64,000 nt of DNA from Candidatus Collierbacteria bacterium GW2011_GWB2_45_17. Lineage in GTDB: Bacteria > Patescibacteriota > Microgenomatia > UBA1400 > MFAQ01. This document shows positions 9,182 to 17,536 of this stretch, piece by piece. The translations under genes and the position numbers were made by a program. The notes under the pieces were generated by a model that saw only the letters and a list, made by a program, of their open reading frames with translations, was not told where the DNA came from and did no database searches. Within the stretch, counting starts at the first letter, position 1; each line of letters begins with the position of its first letter. Location of the stretch: positions 4,761 to 68,760 of the forward strand of contig LCKO01000004.1 of assembly GCA_001001485.1 (NCBI GenBank). Reading direction: 5' to 3'.

Positions 9182-9862
9182 ATGGGAAAGTTCGATTGTG
9201 CTCAAAAACAAAAAGTCGTCCTTAAGTGGATGAAGTGGGGACTGGTCCTCTTTGTAATAGCGGTATTCGCGATGTATGGATATTTTGACGGATACCTCTC
9301 CCGAAGGGTTGTTTTGTCAGAGCCTTCTTTGGTGACAACTGAAACGACAGCCGAAGTTTGTTACGAAAAATCGATGAATATTGAGTGTTTGGAAGGGTTT
9401 GGGTGTACGCGAGTTGAGGCTTTTTGTAACTGTATGGGAGGATCGAACGAGTTGGTAGAAGACTATGGAGCTTGCGTAATTGATGGGGATGAGTATACGG
9501 GAATATCCTTTCAAGAGCTGGAGCAGGGTTGGTATTGGGGAGTTCCTGATTACAAAAAGCCTGGTACGCCCAGTAATTGGGTTTTTAAAAACGATGGGAC
9601 TAGAAGTGAGGGTTGGTTCAGACCAGACCCGACCGAAAGCTCCGATTATATTCTTGAAGCCTCTGAGGGTTCTTGTGACGACAATGCACAGTGTCAATGG
9701 GCGGGAGAGGGTTGTGGTGGTGGACATGGAATGTGCACCAACAATCCGGAAAAGTATCAGGATGTAATAACCACTTGTGATATTAACGAAAACTTTCCGG
9801 CAAATCGTGGTTATTCGTGCGGGTGTGTGGTAACTCTTGGTAGGTGTGGCTGGAAGAGATGA
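9182..9862 (+). CDS. Membrane-anchored cysteine-rich extracellular protein
   Basis: N-terminal TM helix, many Cys, GWYWG..KKPGTP..W motif. Confidence 0.75.
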   Translation: MGKFDCAQKQKVVLKWMKWGLVLFVIAVFAMYGYFDGYLSRRVVLSEPSLVTTETTAEVCYEKSMNIECLEGFGCTRVEAFCNCMGGSNELVEDYGACVIDGDEYTGISFQELEQGWYWGVPDYKKPGTPSNWVFKNDGTRSEGWFRPDPTESSDYILEASEGSCDDNAQCQWAGEGCGGGHGMCTNNPEKYQDVITTCDINENFPANRGYSCGCVVTLGRCGWKR

Positions 9863-9868
9863 AACGGT

Positions 9869-10003
9869 ATGAAAATTAGGGGTAGAGTAAAAGTAGCGAA
9901 GATGAAAACAAATCTTGATTTCCTGGCTGTTTATTTTGCGGCATCTCTTGTGGTGACTGTTGTCTCCCCGTTTTGGAGAAAAATGAGAAGGTTAAATGGT
10001 TAG
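9869..10003 (+). CDS. Possible 44-aa single-TM small protein
   Basis: MKIRGRVKVAKMKTNLDFLAVYFAASLVVTVVSPFWRKMRRLNG, 6 nt after the previous stop. Confidence 0.3.
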   Translation: MKIRGRVKVAKMKTNLDFLAVYFAASLVVTVVSPFWRKMRRLNG

Positions 10004-10029
10004 AAATCGATTCACTTCTTTGGTTGTAT

Positions 10030-10058
10030 ACAAACCACCTCCGAGGTGGGATAGGGGT
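10030..10058. repeat. Palindromic inter-gene repeat, copy 2
   Basis: ACAAACCACCTCCGAGGTGGGATAGGGGT. Confidence 0.85.
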
Positions 10059-10095
10059 AGGATACGCTTCCAGTGTGTCCTGCTAAGATATCTTT

Positions 10096-11028
10096 ATGGA
10101 TTTTGATAAACACAGAAATGCTCAGGAACTGAATTTGGGTGAAGTATCCAACTTTCTGGAAAATAATGGGTTTGTGGAAGTTAATCTCAACCAACAATGG
10201 AGACATATCACCGGTAGCGTGTTTAAAAATGGCACAAAACAATTCTTCAAATTAGCCTCAACCGAAGGTGTTGCCGAAAGAACGGAAAACGAGTTCGCAT
10301 GGAACAAATTGATAAACAACCGGCCGAAACTAAAACTACCAGTTTCGGTACCAAAGATTTATGAGTCAGGTAAATACAACGGCTTGTTTTGGTTTACCTG
10401 TGAATTTGTAGAAGGCACTCCGCTAGCTCAAGAATCTCAAAGTGGTGAAACGAAAAAACTTGAAAATAATCTATCAAAAATAGCGTTGACGGCAAAGATA
10501 ATTTTGGAATTCAAGTCGGATAAACACCTTCCAAATGATGAGAGAAAAAATGATGAGAAAGAAGATCCAAAAACGGTATTCTTGGACAGGATAAAGCATT
10601 GGATGGGTCAGTTTGATAATAACGTTGACGACCTATATGATTTCATTGAAAAACGGATTGAATATGGACTAAAAGCTCCCCAACATGGTGATTTCGTCCC
10701 CTGGCATATTTTTATCACGAACGAAAACAAACTTTTTCTAATTGATGGGGAACATTCTAGGATTGCGGGATTTAAATTTTACGATATCGCATATTTCTAC
10801 CATAGAGTTTATACAAAACTGAAAAGACCAGACATTGCCAACAAATTTCTGGAAGAATTTAATAACATTTATCAATTCAGTAAAGCAGACAAAGAATGTC
10901 TTGGATTAATTCTTGCCCAAAGAGTTATCGGTGGTTATTTTGACTCAAGTAAATGTGGCGAAAAAAATGTCTGCCTCCATGATGAACTAAAAAGAAAGAT
11001 TCTTGAGGGTAAAATTACTATTGGCTAA
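10096..11028 (+). CDS. Aminoglycoside phosphotransferase/choline kinase family protein
   Basis: FFKLA, PKIYESG, HGDFVPWHI Brenner-like motif, LIDGE, YDIAY. Confidence 0.85.
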   Translation: MDFDKHRNAQELNLGEVSNFLENNGFVEVNLNQQWRHITGSVFKNGTKQFFKLASTEGVAERTENEFAWNKLINNRPKLKLPVSVPKIYESGKYNGLFWFTCEFVEGTPLAQESQSGETKKLENNLSKIALTAKIILEFKSDKHLPNDERKNDEKEDPKTVFLDRIKHWMGQFDNNVDDLYDFIEKRIEYGLKAPQHGDFVPWHIFITNENKLFLIDGEHSRIAGFKFYDIAYFYHRVYTKLKRPDIANKFLEEFNNIYQFSKADKECLGLILAQRVIGGYFDSSKCGEKNVCLHDELKRKILEGKITIG

Positions 11029-11052
11029 TTTTTTGATTGAAAAGGTTGAGGA

Positions 11053-11096
11053 AAGGTTCGAAAATCGACCCAACCACATCCACCTCCGAGGTGGGA
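11053..11096. repeat. Composite repeat, copy 3: AAGGTTCGAAAATCGACCCAACC + CCACCTCCGAGGTGGGA
   Basis: First part recurs at 7470-7486 and partly at 9135-9145; second part matches copies 1, 2 and 4. Confidence 0.85.
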
Positions 11097-11130
11097 CAGT
11101 GTATTTTTAGTAAGATAAAGGTGGAATGTT

Positions 11131-11922
11131 ATGACACATAATAACAAAAGGCTCCCTGGCCTGTTGGCTCCTTTGATAATTCTTCTGATGTTTGGTGGTA
11201 TCTATGCTATTAGTAATCTCAACAAAGAGGGGGAGGAGGAAACTAAACAAATTAAGAACAGCGATATCAGCTATATTCCTTTTGGCGACTCTTTTACCAT
11301 AGGTTTGGGGGTGGCAGAACCTCATCGCTGGCCAAATATGATGGTAGAGAATTTTGCCAAGGAGGATATAAGTATTAAAATCCTTGAGAATCCTGCTGTA
11401 TCCGGCTATACCGTGAGGGACATGATTAATTTTGAACTGCCGATATTGGAAACCTTAAGGCCTGATTTTGTCACAGTGTTTATCGGCACAAACGACAGTT
11501 TTGTTCAAAAAGATGTTGTGGTTTTTGAAAAAGATTACAAAGAACTGCTTGATAAAATCCAAAAGTTACTACCGGACCCAAAAAGTATTGTGCTGATCAC
11601 AATCCCTGATTATTCAAAGTTTCCAGCTCTTAAACACTACCGAAGAATAAATTATTCAGAGTCTATCACCTCTTACAATGAGGTAATCAGGCAAGAATCT
11701 GTTGATCGAGATCTGATTTTGGCGGACATTTATCCAGTAAGCCAAAAAATGACTGACGAACAGGACTTTATACCGGATGGGCTTCATCCATCTGGGGCAG
11801 GGTATGTGAAGTGGGAAAGAGTGATATATCCGAAGGTGAGAGAGCTATTGCTCAAATCACCTCCGAGGTGGAATACTTTTGTGATGAAGTCTGTCCAGAC
11901 TGAAACCATCTTTTTTGGCTAA
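11131..11922 (+). CDS. SGNH/GDSL hydrolase
   Basis: FGDSFT.G, AVSG, IGTND, DGLHP blocks; 3' end runs through repeat copy 4 (SPPRW). Confidence 0.9.
   Translation: MTHNNKRLPGLLAPLIILLMFGGIYAISNLNKEGEEETKQIKNSDISYIPFGDSFTIGLGVAEPHRWPNMMVENFAKEDISIKILENPAVSGYTVRDMINFELPILETLRPDFVTVFIGTNDSFVQKDVVVFEKDYKELLDKIQKLLPDPKSIVLITIPDYSKFPALKHYRRINYSESITSYNEVIRQESVDRDLILADIYPVSQKMTDEQDFIPDGLHPSGAGYVKWERVIYPKVRELLLKSPPRWNTFVMKSVQTETIFFG
11858..11871. repeat. Palindromic repeat, copy 4 (CACCTCCGAGGTGG)
   Basis: Same core, within the SGNH 3' end. Confidence 0.75.
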
Positions 11923-11965
11923 TATTTGCGAAGATTTGCATAGATATGGTAGAATATACATAGAT

Positions 11966-12688
11966 ATGACAAATAGCCTTATTTCGATCAGTAACATCGC
12001 CAAACAACTCGGTGTTTCAATAGATACCCTCAGGAGATGGGATAAAACCCATCGACTTCCCTCGACCAGAATTGGCCCACGGGGTCATCGCTATTATAGA
12101 CAAGCTGATATTGACCTCTTTTTACGAAATGATATCTACTTGGCCAGGCAGTGGGCTATGTCTACGGTAGGATCAACTCCACCATCTGAAGTATATTGCC
12201 AAACAAGAGATGTATTTCAGGTGAGGCTAGAAAGACTCCAGGGGCAACTCCAACGTGTCGTTCCCGAGTCAACAATGTCATTGTTGTGTGCAATCGCGGG
12301 TGAAATCGGGAATAACTCTTTTGATCACAACCTGGGTAATTGGCCAGATGTAACAGGAATATATTTCTCATTCGATTTGAGAAACGGGTACATTGTATTA
12401 GCTGACCGAGGTTTGGGAATATTAACAACCCTTAAACGGGCACTTCCCGAACTAAAAGATACGGACGAGGCGTTAAAAATAGCTTTTACAGAAACAATAT
12501 CTGGTAGGCGTCCTGAGGTTAGGGGAAACGGTTTGAAGTTTGTTAGGCAAGTTGTAATTGATAACCCATTCACACTCATGTTTCAAACAGGGGATGTATA
12601 TCTAAATCTAAAACAAAATGACAGGGATGTTATTATTTCTCATACGGACGGAAATATAAGAGGATGTTTGGCTATAATAAATTTTTAA
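11966..12688 (+). CDS. MerR-type HTH fused to an HATPase-like domain
   Basis: AKQLGVSIDTLRRWD..GHRYY; EIGNNSFDH, DRGLGI, RGNGL. Confidence 0.85.
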   Translation: MTNSLISISNIAKQLGVSIDTLRRWDKTHRLPSTRIGPRGHRYYRQADIDLFLRNDIYLARQWAMSTVGSTPPSEVYCQTRDVFQVRLERLQGQLQRVVPESTMSLLCAIAGEIGNNSFDHNLGNWPDVTGIYFSFDLRNGYIVLADRGLGILTTLKRALPELKDTDEALKIAFTETISGRRPEVRGNGLKFVRQVVIDNPFTLMFQTGDVYLNLKQNDRDVIISHTDGNIRGCLAIINF

Positions 12689-12695
12689 AACCAAT

Positions 12696-12974
12696 ATGAT
12701 AATAGAACTAAAAAAATTCGGCACAGCATTGATATCCCGACCATCGGGAAAGGAAGCTTGGTTAGCTTTTCAATCATCTCTTAAGGATGTTTCAGAACAT
12801 GAGGAAGTAATAATTGATTTCACCGGTGTTTTGGTGCTCACACCATCGTGGGCGGATGAGTTCTTAACTCCTTTGAGGACCCGTTTCAAGGATAAAGTGA
12901 AATTAATGGATACAGACAATGCTTCTGTTGAAGCAACCATGACCATACTCGATAAACCGGTGGGGAATGCCTGA
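12696..12974 (+). CDS. STAS-like (DUF4325) protein
   Basis: SRPSGKEA, IDFTGV..LTPSWADE. Confidence 0.8.
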   Translation: MIIELKKFGTALISRPSGKEAWLAFQSSLKDVSEHEEVIIDFTGVLVLTPSWADEFLTPLRTRFKDKVKLMDTDNASVEATMTILDKPVGNA

Positions 12975-12987
12975 AGGACTAGCCTTT

Positions 12988-14109
12988 ATGAAAATTTATA
13001 ATACTCTCACAAAAAAGATAGACGTTTTTGCGTCTTTAAGGCCCAAAAAAGTATCGATTTATGTTTGTGGTATTACTCCGTATGACACGACCCATCTGGG
13101 TCACGCCTTTACTTATATTAGTTTTGACGCACTCATTAGATACTTAAAGTTTAAAAGATATGAGGTTACATACACTCAAAATGTAACAGACATAAACGAC
13201 AGAGACGGAGACATTTTAGAACGAGCCCGCCAACAAAATATCTCCTGGTCTACCTTGGCTACATTCTGGACAGATAAGTTTTTGGGTGACATGAAAGCTC
13301 TAAATTGGATTCAACCAACCCATTACTTAAAAGCGTCCGAGAATATAGACTCCATGGTTTCTCTGATCCAGAAACTTTTGGCCAAGGGAATTGCTTATAC
13401 CGGTAACAATAGTGTTTATTTGGACGTAACCAAGAAGAACGACTATGGCAAGCTTTCCAGGTTAACTAAAGAGCGGATGCTGAAAAAGGCAAAGGAATTT
13501 GAAGAAGACATAGATAATCCCGACAAAAGAAACCCGCTGGATATAACTTTATGGAAAGCGATCGATTCTAATCAACCCAGTCACATACCATCTTTTGATA
13601 GCCTGTTTGGCAAAGGTAGACCGGGTTGGCACATAGAGTGTTCGGCCATGAGCACCCTTTCTCTGGGGGAACAAATTGATATTCATGGAGGAGGGACGGA
13701 CTTGATTTTTCCTCATCATGAAGCAGAGATCGTTCAAAGCGAGGGCTCAACCGGAAAAATTCCCTTTGCAAAATACTGGGTTCACACCGGTCAAGTTTTC
13801 TACAAAGGAGAAAAGATGAGTAAATCAAAGGGAAATCTGGTGATGGTCTCCAGTCTTTTAGAAAAATACTCCTCGAACGCAGTTCGCTGGCTGATTTTGT
13901 CTCATCATTACAGAAAAAGATGGGAGTTCGATGAAGAGAAACTGGCGCGTGCTCAAAATAAAGTTGAGGTGTTAGAAGGCGACCTTCGTGATGGTAGCGA
14001 AGAAGAGTTTACTAAAATCATGGATAATGATCTCGATACTCCGAAGGCCTTAGAACTATTACTTCGTTCCAAAAACAAACGCGTCTACGACGTTTTAGGT
14101 TTTAGATAG
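12988..14109 (+). CDS. MshC-like cysteine ligase / truncated CysRS paralog
   Basis: YVCGITPYDTTHLGHA, QNVTD, GRPGWHIEC, GGGTDLIFPHHE, KMSKSKGNLV, NDLDTPKAL; no anticodon-binding C-terminal domain. Confidence 0.85.
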   Translation: MKIYNTLTKKIDVFASLRPKKVSIYVCGITPYDTTHLGHAFTYISFDALIRYLKFKRYEVTYTQNVTDINDRDGDILERARQQNISWSTLATFWTDKFLGDMKALNWIQPTHYLKASENIDSMVSLIQKLLAKGIAYTGNNSVYLDVTKKNDYGKLSRLTKERMLKKAKEFEEDIDNPDKRNPLDITLWKAIDSNQPSHIPSFDSLFGKGRPGWHIECSAMSTLSLGEQIDIHGGGTDLIFPHHEAEIVQSEGSTGKIPFAKYWVHTGQVFYKGEKMSKSKGNLVMVSSLLEKYSSNAVRWLILSHHYRKRWEFDEEKLARAQNKVEVLEGDLRDGSEEEFTKIMDNDLDTPKALELLLRSKNKRVYDVLGFR

Positions 14110-14126
14110 CGTGTTACAATGCTGTC

Positions 14127-15284
14127 GTGATAGAAGGAGAAAATTCATCGTTTTCTGGATTTTACAAAAAAACCATTTCCGAGAGAGTTGACCTGCTGTC
14201 TGCGAGAGTCGGACTAACAAAAGAAGAGAGAATGTCTTTCGAACAAGGGCTCAGTATGTTACAGGCAGATTTGATGATAGAAAATGTCGTGGGTGTGTAT
14301 GAACTGCCTTTGGCTATTGCCACAAATTTTGTTATCGATGGAAAGGAGACTTTAATTCCCATGGTGGTAGAGGAGGCTTCTGTGGTGGCCGGAGCGAGCA
14401 AGGCCGCCAAGATAATTTCTAAATACGGGGGGTTTATTACCGAAGCAGGGCCATCATTATTAAAAGGACAGATTCAGATTATTCCCCAGAACTTAGACTT
14501 GACTGTGATTAAGAAAATAATTGAGAGCTCTGAGAAGACTTTAGTAAAACGGGGAAATTCTCTGGTTCCTAATTTGGTGAAGAGAGGTGGAGGGGTTGTA
14601 AGCATAGGAGTAACAATGATATCCGAGACTCGCGTTGGCCCTATGGCGTCAGTTGATGTTTTGGTTAATATCGGCGAGGCGATGGGAGCAAATATTGTCA
14701 ACAAAATATGTGAAGGTCTGGCCGACGAGGTGGGTAAGTTGACTCAGGCTCGAGTGAATTTAAAAATTCTTTCTAATCATTTAGATCAACGATTGGCCGT
14801 GGCCCGATGTCAAATTTCTACCTCCAGTGAGGATTTGTCTCTTGAGATAGCTCAGAGAATCGTCGAGGCGCAAGTATTTGCAGAAGAAAGCGTTGACAGA
14901 GCGGTGACACATAACAAGGGAGTGCTAAATGGAATTGATGCGGTGGCATTGGCCACAGGACAAGATTGGAGGGCCATCGAAGCAGGAGTACACGCCTTTG
15001 CCGCAAGAGAAGGATACGGTCCCTTGACCAAGTGGAAAATTGAGGGAGATTGGTTGAAGGGAGAAATTAAAGTACCTTTGGCTGTCGGAATAGTTGGGGG
15101 AATAACTCAGTTTCACCCGGTGGTAGCAACTTGTTTAAAAATTTTAGGAGTCAAGACCTCCGGTGATTTATCGAGAATTATGGCTGCCGTGGGATTGGCC
15201 CAAAACTTTGCCGCTTTGTATTCCTTGGTAGGTGAAGGTGTCCAGAAAAGCCACGGGAAGCTCCACCGGAGAAAGCTTAAGTAG
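14127..15284 (+). CDS. mvaA: Class II HMG-CoA reductase
   Basis: IENVVG, PMVVEEASVVA, AMGAN, THNKG..NG.DA, GQDWRA.EA, C-terminal His motif. Confidence 0.93.
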   Translation: MIEGENSSFSGFYKKTISERVDLLSARVGLTKEERMSFEQGLSMLQADLMIENVVGVYELPLAIATNFVIDGKETLIPMVVEEASVVAGASKAAKIISKYGGFITEAGPSLLKGQIQIIPQNLDLTVIKKIIESSEKTLVKRGNSLVPNLVKRGGGVVSIGVTMISETRVGPMASVDVLVNIGEAMGANIVNKICEGLADEVGKLTQARVNLKILSNHLDQRLAVARCQISTSSEDLSLEIAQRIVEAQVFAEESVDRAVTHNKGVLNGIDAVALATGQDWRAIEAGVHAFAAREGYGPLTKWKIEGDWLKGEIKVPLAVGIVGGITQFHPVVATCLKILGVKTSGDLSRIMAAVGLAQNFAALYSLVGEGVQKSHGKLHRRKLK

Positions 15285-15311
15285 GTCAAAATGATAAGAT
15301 GATTAATATAG

Positions 15312-16478
15312 ATGAAAATAAGAAAGAAGAAATGGCTAGGGGTTCGGCCTGAATTTTTGGTAATACTGGGATTGGTAGTTTTTGTGTTGGCGATGATTGA
15401 TCTTCGAGATTCACAAAGAGTTTTGGGAGATGCTCGCAGTGAAAAAAATGATGGTTATCGTCAAGATGACGACAATGAAGATGATAATAAAACTGACAGT
15501 AAAGATGAAGGAAACAAGGGGGATAATAAGAACAAAAAGACTAACAGCCAGGGTAATTATTTGATAATCACCCCAACAATTCTTCCAACAGTAATTCCGG
15601 CAATCCAATTCGAGATGCAGACGGGAATTCAACCGACGATAGGGGTGGTCCAACCGACGACTGTTCCAACAGTCACCCAAAAGGCTTCTTTGGAGACGGT
15701 GATGGATCAGCCCTCGATTAAAACCGTCCCGATATCCGGCACCTCAGTAATCTTTACCCCTTTGGTAGTCGATCCTACGATAAAGGTTGATAGCGCCGGT
15801 ACATTAATTAAATCCATAAAAAAAGGCATAGAATCCATTGGAAAAGGAACTGTGCGACCAACAGAAGTCCCCACACCAACCCCGACCACCAAACCATCGA
15901 TAACCAGTACAAAAATACCTGAAGTGGCACTGAATAAAATTAAATTGAAGTACCTGGTAAAAGGAGATCAGGTAATGTTGACGGCCGAGGATGAGAAAAA
16001 TATGCTGATATCTGTAAACGAGGACGATCTGAGAAGAGTGGAGTCGTCCGTGCTCAGTCGGTTGGAGAAAAACGGAGTGGTTTTGAGTTTGGCAAACAAC
16101 AACCAACTGGCTGTAAGTAAGGGAGGGGTAACCGCCATCACTGATTTACCAATTTCGGTGGATGTTCAATCGAAGTCCTTAATCGTAACGACGACGAGTG
16201 GAGTAAAAGAGGTGATGGTACTACCGGACAAGGCACTAAAAAACATTATCGATCTGGGAGTGGTGGCTGAGGTCAATTCAGGGGTGGTGCCAAAAATCGA
16301 GTATTCAGGAGGGGAGGTGCTATATAAGTTTACCGGCACGAAAAACTATAAAATGTTTGGTTTGGTAGAGGTGACAGTACCTGTTACAATTTCGGTTTCG
16401 GCGACTTCGGGAGACGAAGTTCCTGAGAATCAAGCCCTTATAACCAGGGTGGTGAGAAGGCTGTCGATTGTCAGATGA
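15312..16478 (+). CDS. Membrane-anchored surface protein with acidic and Pro/Thr-rich linkers
   Basis: TM helix, DDDNEDD tract, PT repeats, globular C-terminus. Confidence 0.75.
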   Translation: MKIRKKKWLGVRPEFLVILGLVVFVLAMIDLRDSQRVLGDARSEKNDGYRQDDDNEDDNKTDSKDEGNKGDNKNKKTNSQGNYLIITPTILPTVIPAIQFEMQTGIQPTIGVVQPTTVPTVTQKASLETVMDQPSIKTVPISGTSVIFTPLVVDPTIKVDSAGTLIKSIKKGIESIGKGTVRPTEVPTPTPTTKPSITSTKIPEVALNKIKLKYLVKGDQVMLTAEDEKNMLISVNEDDLRRVESSVLSRLEKNGVVLSLANNNQLAVSKGGVTAITDLPISVDVQSKSLIVTTTSGVKEVMVLPDKALKNIIDLGVVAEVNSGVVPKIEYSGGEVLYKFTGTKNYKMFGLVEVTVPVTISVSATSGDEVPENQALITRVVRRLSIVR

Positions 16479-16522
16479 GAAAGAAATGTGTAGAATGAAG
16501 TTAGTTAATAATAAAAAAAATC

Positions 16523-16747
16523 ATGAGGAGACCTGCCAAAAAAAATAACAAAGGTTTGCTAGGAGCAGTCGGAGCGGCGGTTCTAGGAGTTGCCGCCGGA
16601 GCAGCAGCAGTATTTTTATCAAAGAAAGAAAACAGAGAGAAGGTTCAGAGAAGCGTTAGTAGTGCCGTGAAGAAAGGTAGGGTCGAGATCGGGAAAGCAA
16701 AGAAAAAAGTCGTGGCGACAAAGAAAAAACTTCTTAAGAGGAGATAG
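16523..16747 (+). CDS. Small basic YtxH-like protein
   Basis: Gly/Ala-rich helix GAAVLGVAAGAAA followed by a Lys-rich tail. Confidence 0.6.
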   Translation: MRRPAKKNNKGLLGAVGAAVLGVAAGAAAVFLSKKENREKVQRSVSSAVKKGRVEIGKAKKKVVATKKKLLKRR

Positions 16748-17504
16748 TCAAGAAGGCTACAATCGAAAGTAGAATACGATAGACCGCAAACAAAGTGAAG
16801 TCGTGTTTTTTGACGTAATCAATAAAAAGTCTGACTGCGACCAGGGCGGAAAAAAAGGAGATGAGACAACCCAACGCTAGAAGGAGATATTCTTCTGGAG
16901 AAAACCCCAGTCCTGATTTGAGAAGATCGTAGCCGGAAGCAGCTAACATGGTGGGAATGGCCAGAAAAAAGGAAAATTCTACTGCCTGAGCCCTAGTAAG
17001 TCCGAATGAAAGTCCACCAACGATAGCAGCGGCCGAACGGGAAATCCCGGGAATGATGGAGAGTGATTGGAATAGACCAATGCCCAACAGCTGAGGTGTT
17101 GATAGGTCATTTTGTGTTTTTAAACCATGGTTCATTTTGGAAATTCGGTCTACCAGCAGGAGGATGAGACCGCCAAAAAAAAGAGAGTAAACGACGATGA
17201 GAGGGTTACCGAGTAAAACATGGCGGATTAATTTGTAGAGAGTAAAACCAATTATTCCCGTGGGGATAAAGGCGATGATGGTTGACTTCCAGTTTTCCGG
17301 AGATTTAAACAGACGGTGTCGGAAAATCCAAACGACAGCCAGAATGGCGGCGAACTGAATCACGATATCGAAAGATTTAGTAAACTCCGAGGTGGTGACT
17401 GATAAATATTTTTGAGCAAGGATAAGATGGCCGGTACTGGATATGGGTAAAAATTCCGTAAGACCTTCGATAATGGAAAGAATAATTGCTTGAAAAATAG
17501 TCAC
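16734..17504 (-). CDS. uppP: Undecaprenyl-diphosphate phosphatase
   Basis: EGLTEFLPISSTGH, PGISRS, EFSFFLAIP, YRI. Confidence 0.96.
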   Translation of the reverse strand: MTIFQAIILSIIEGLTEFLPISSTGHLILAQKYLSVTTSEFTKSFDIVIQFAAILAVVWIFRHRLFKSPENWKSTIIAFIPTGIIGFTLYKLIRHVLLGNPLIVVYSLFFGGLILLLVDRISKMNHGLKTQNDLSTPQLLGIGLFQSLSIIPGISRSAAAIVGGLSFGLTRAQAVEFSFFLAIPTMLAASGYDLLKSGLGFSPEEYLLLALGCLISFFSALVAVRLFIDYVKKHDFTLFAVYRILLSIVAFLTISS

Positions 17505-17536
17505 CGGATTCTATTATACGAGGTGGCTGGTGTAAT

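Noticed and set aside
9055-11871. Repeats as a CRISPR array or classical integron attC sites
   Set aside because: Intervals are ~0.8-1 kb genes, no cas genes are present, and the attC RYYYAAC/GTTRRRY ends are absent.
17385-17395. CTCCGAGGTGG in uppP as another palindrome copy
   Set aside because: The left arm is missing (AAACT instead of CACCT), so it is probably chance.
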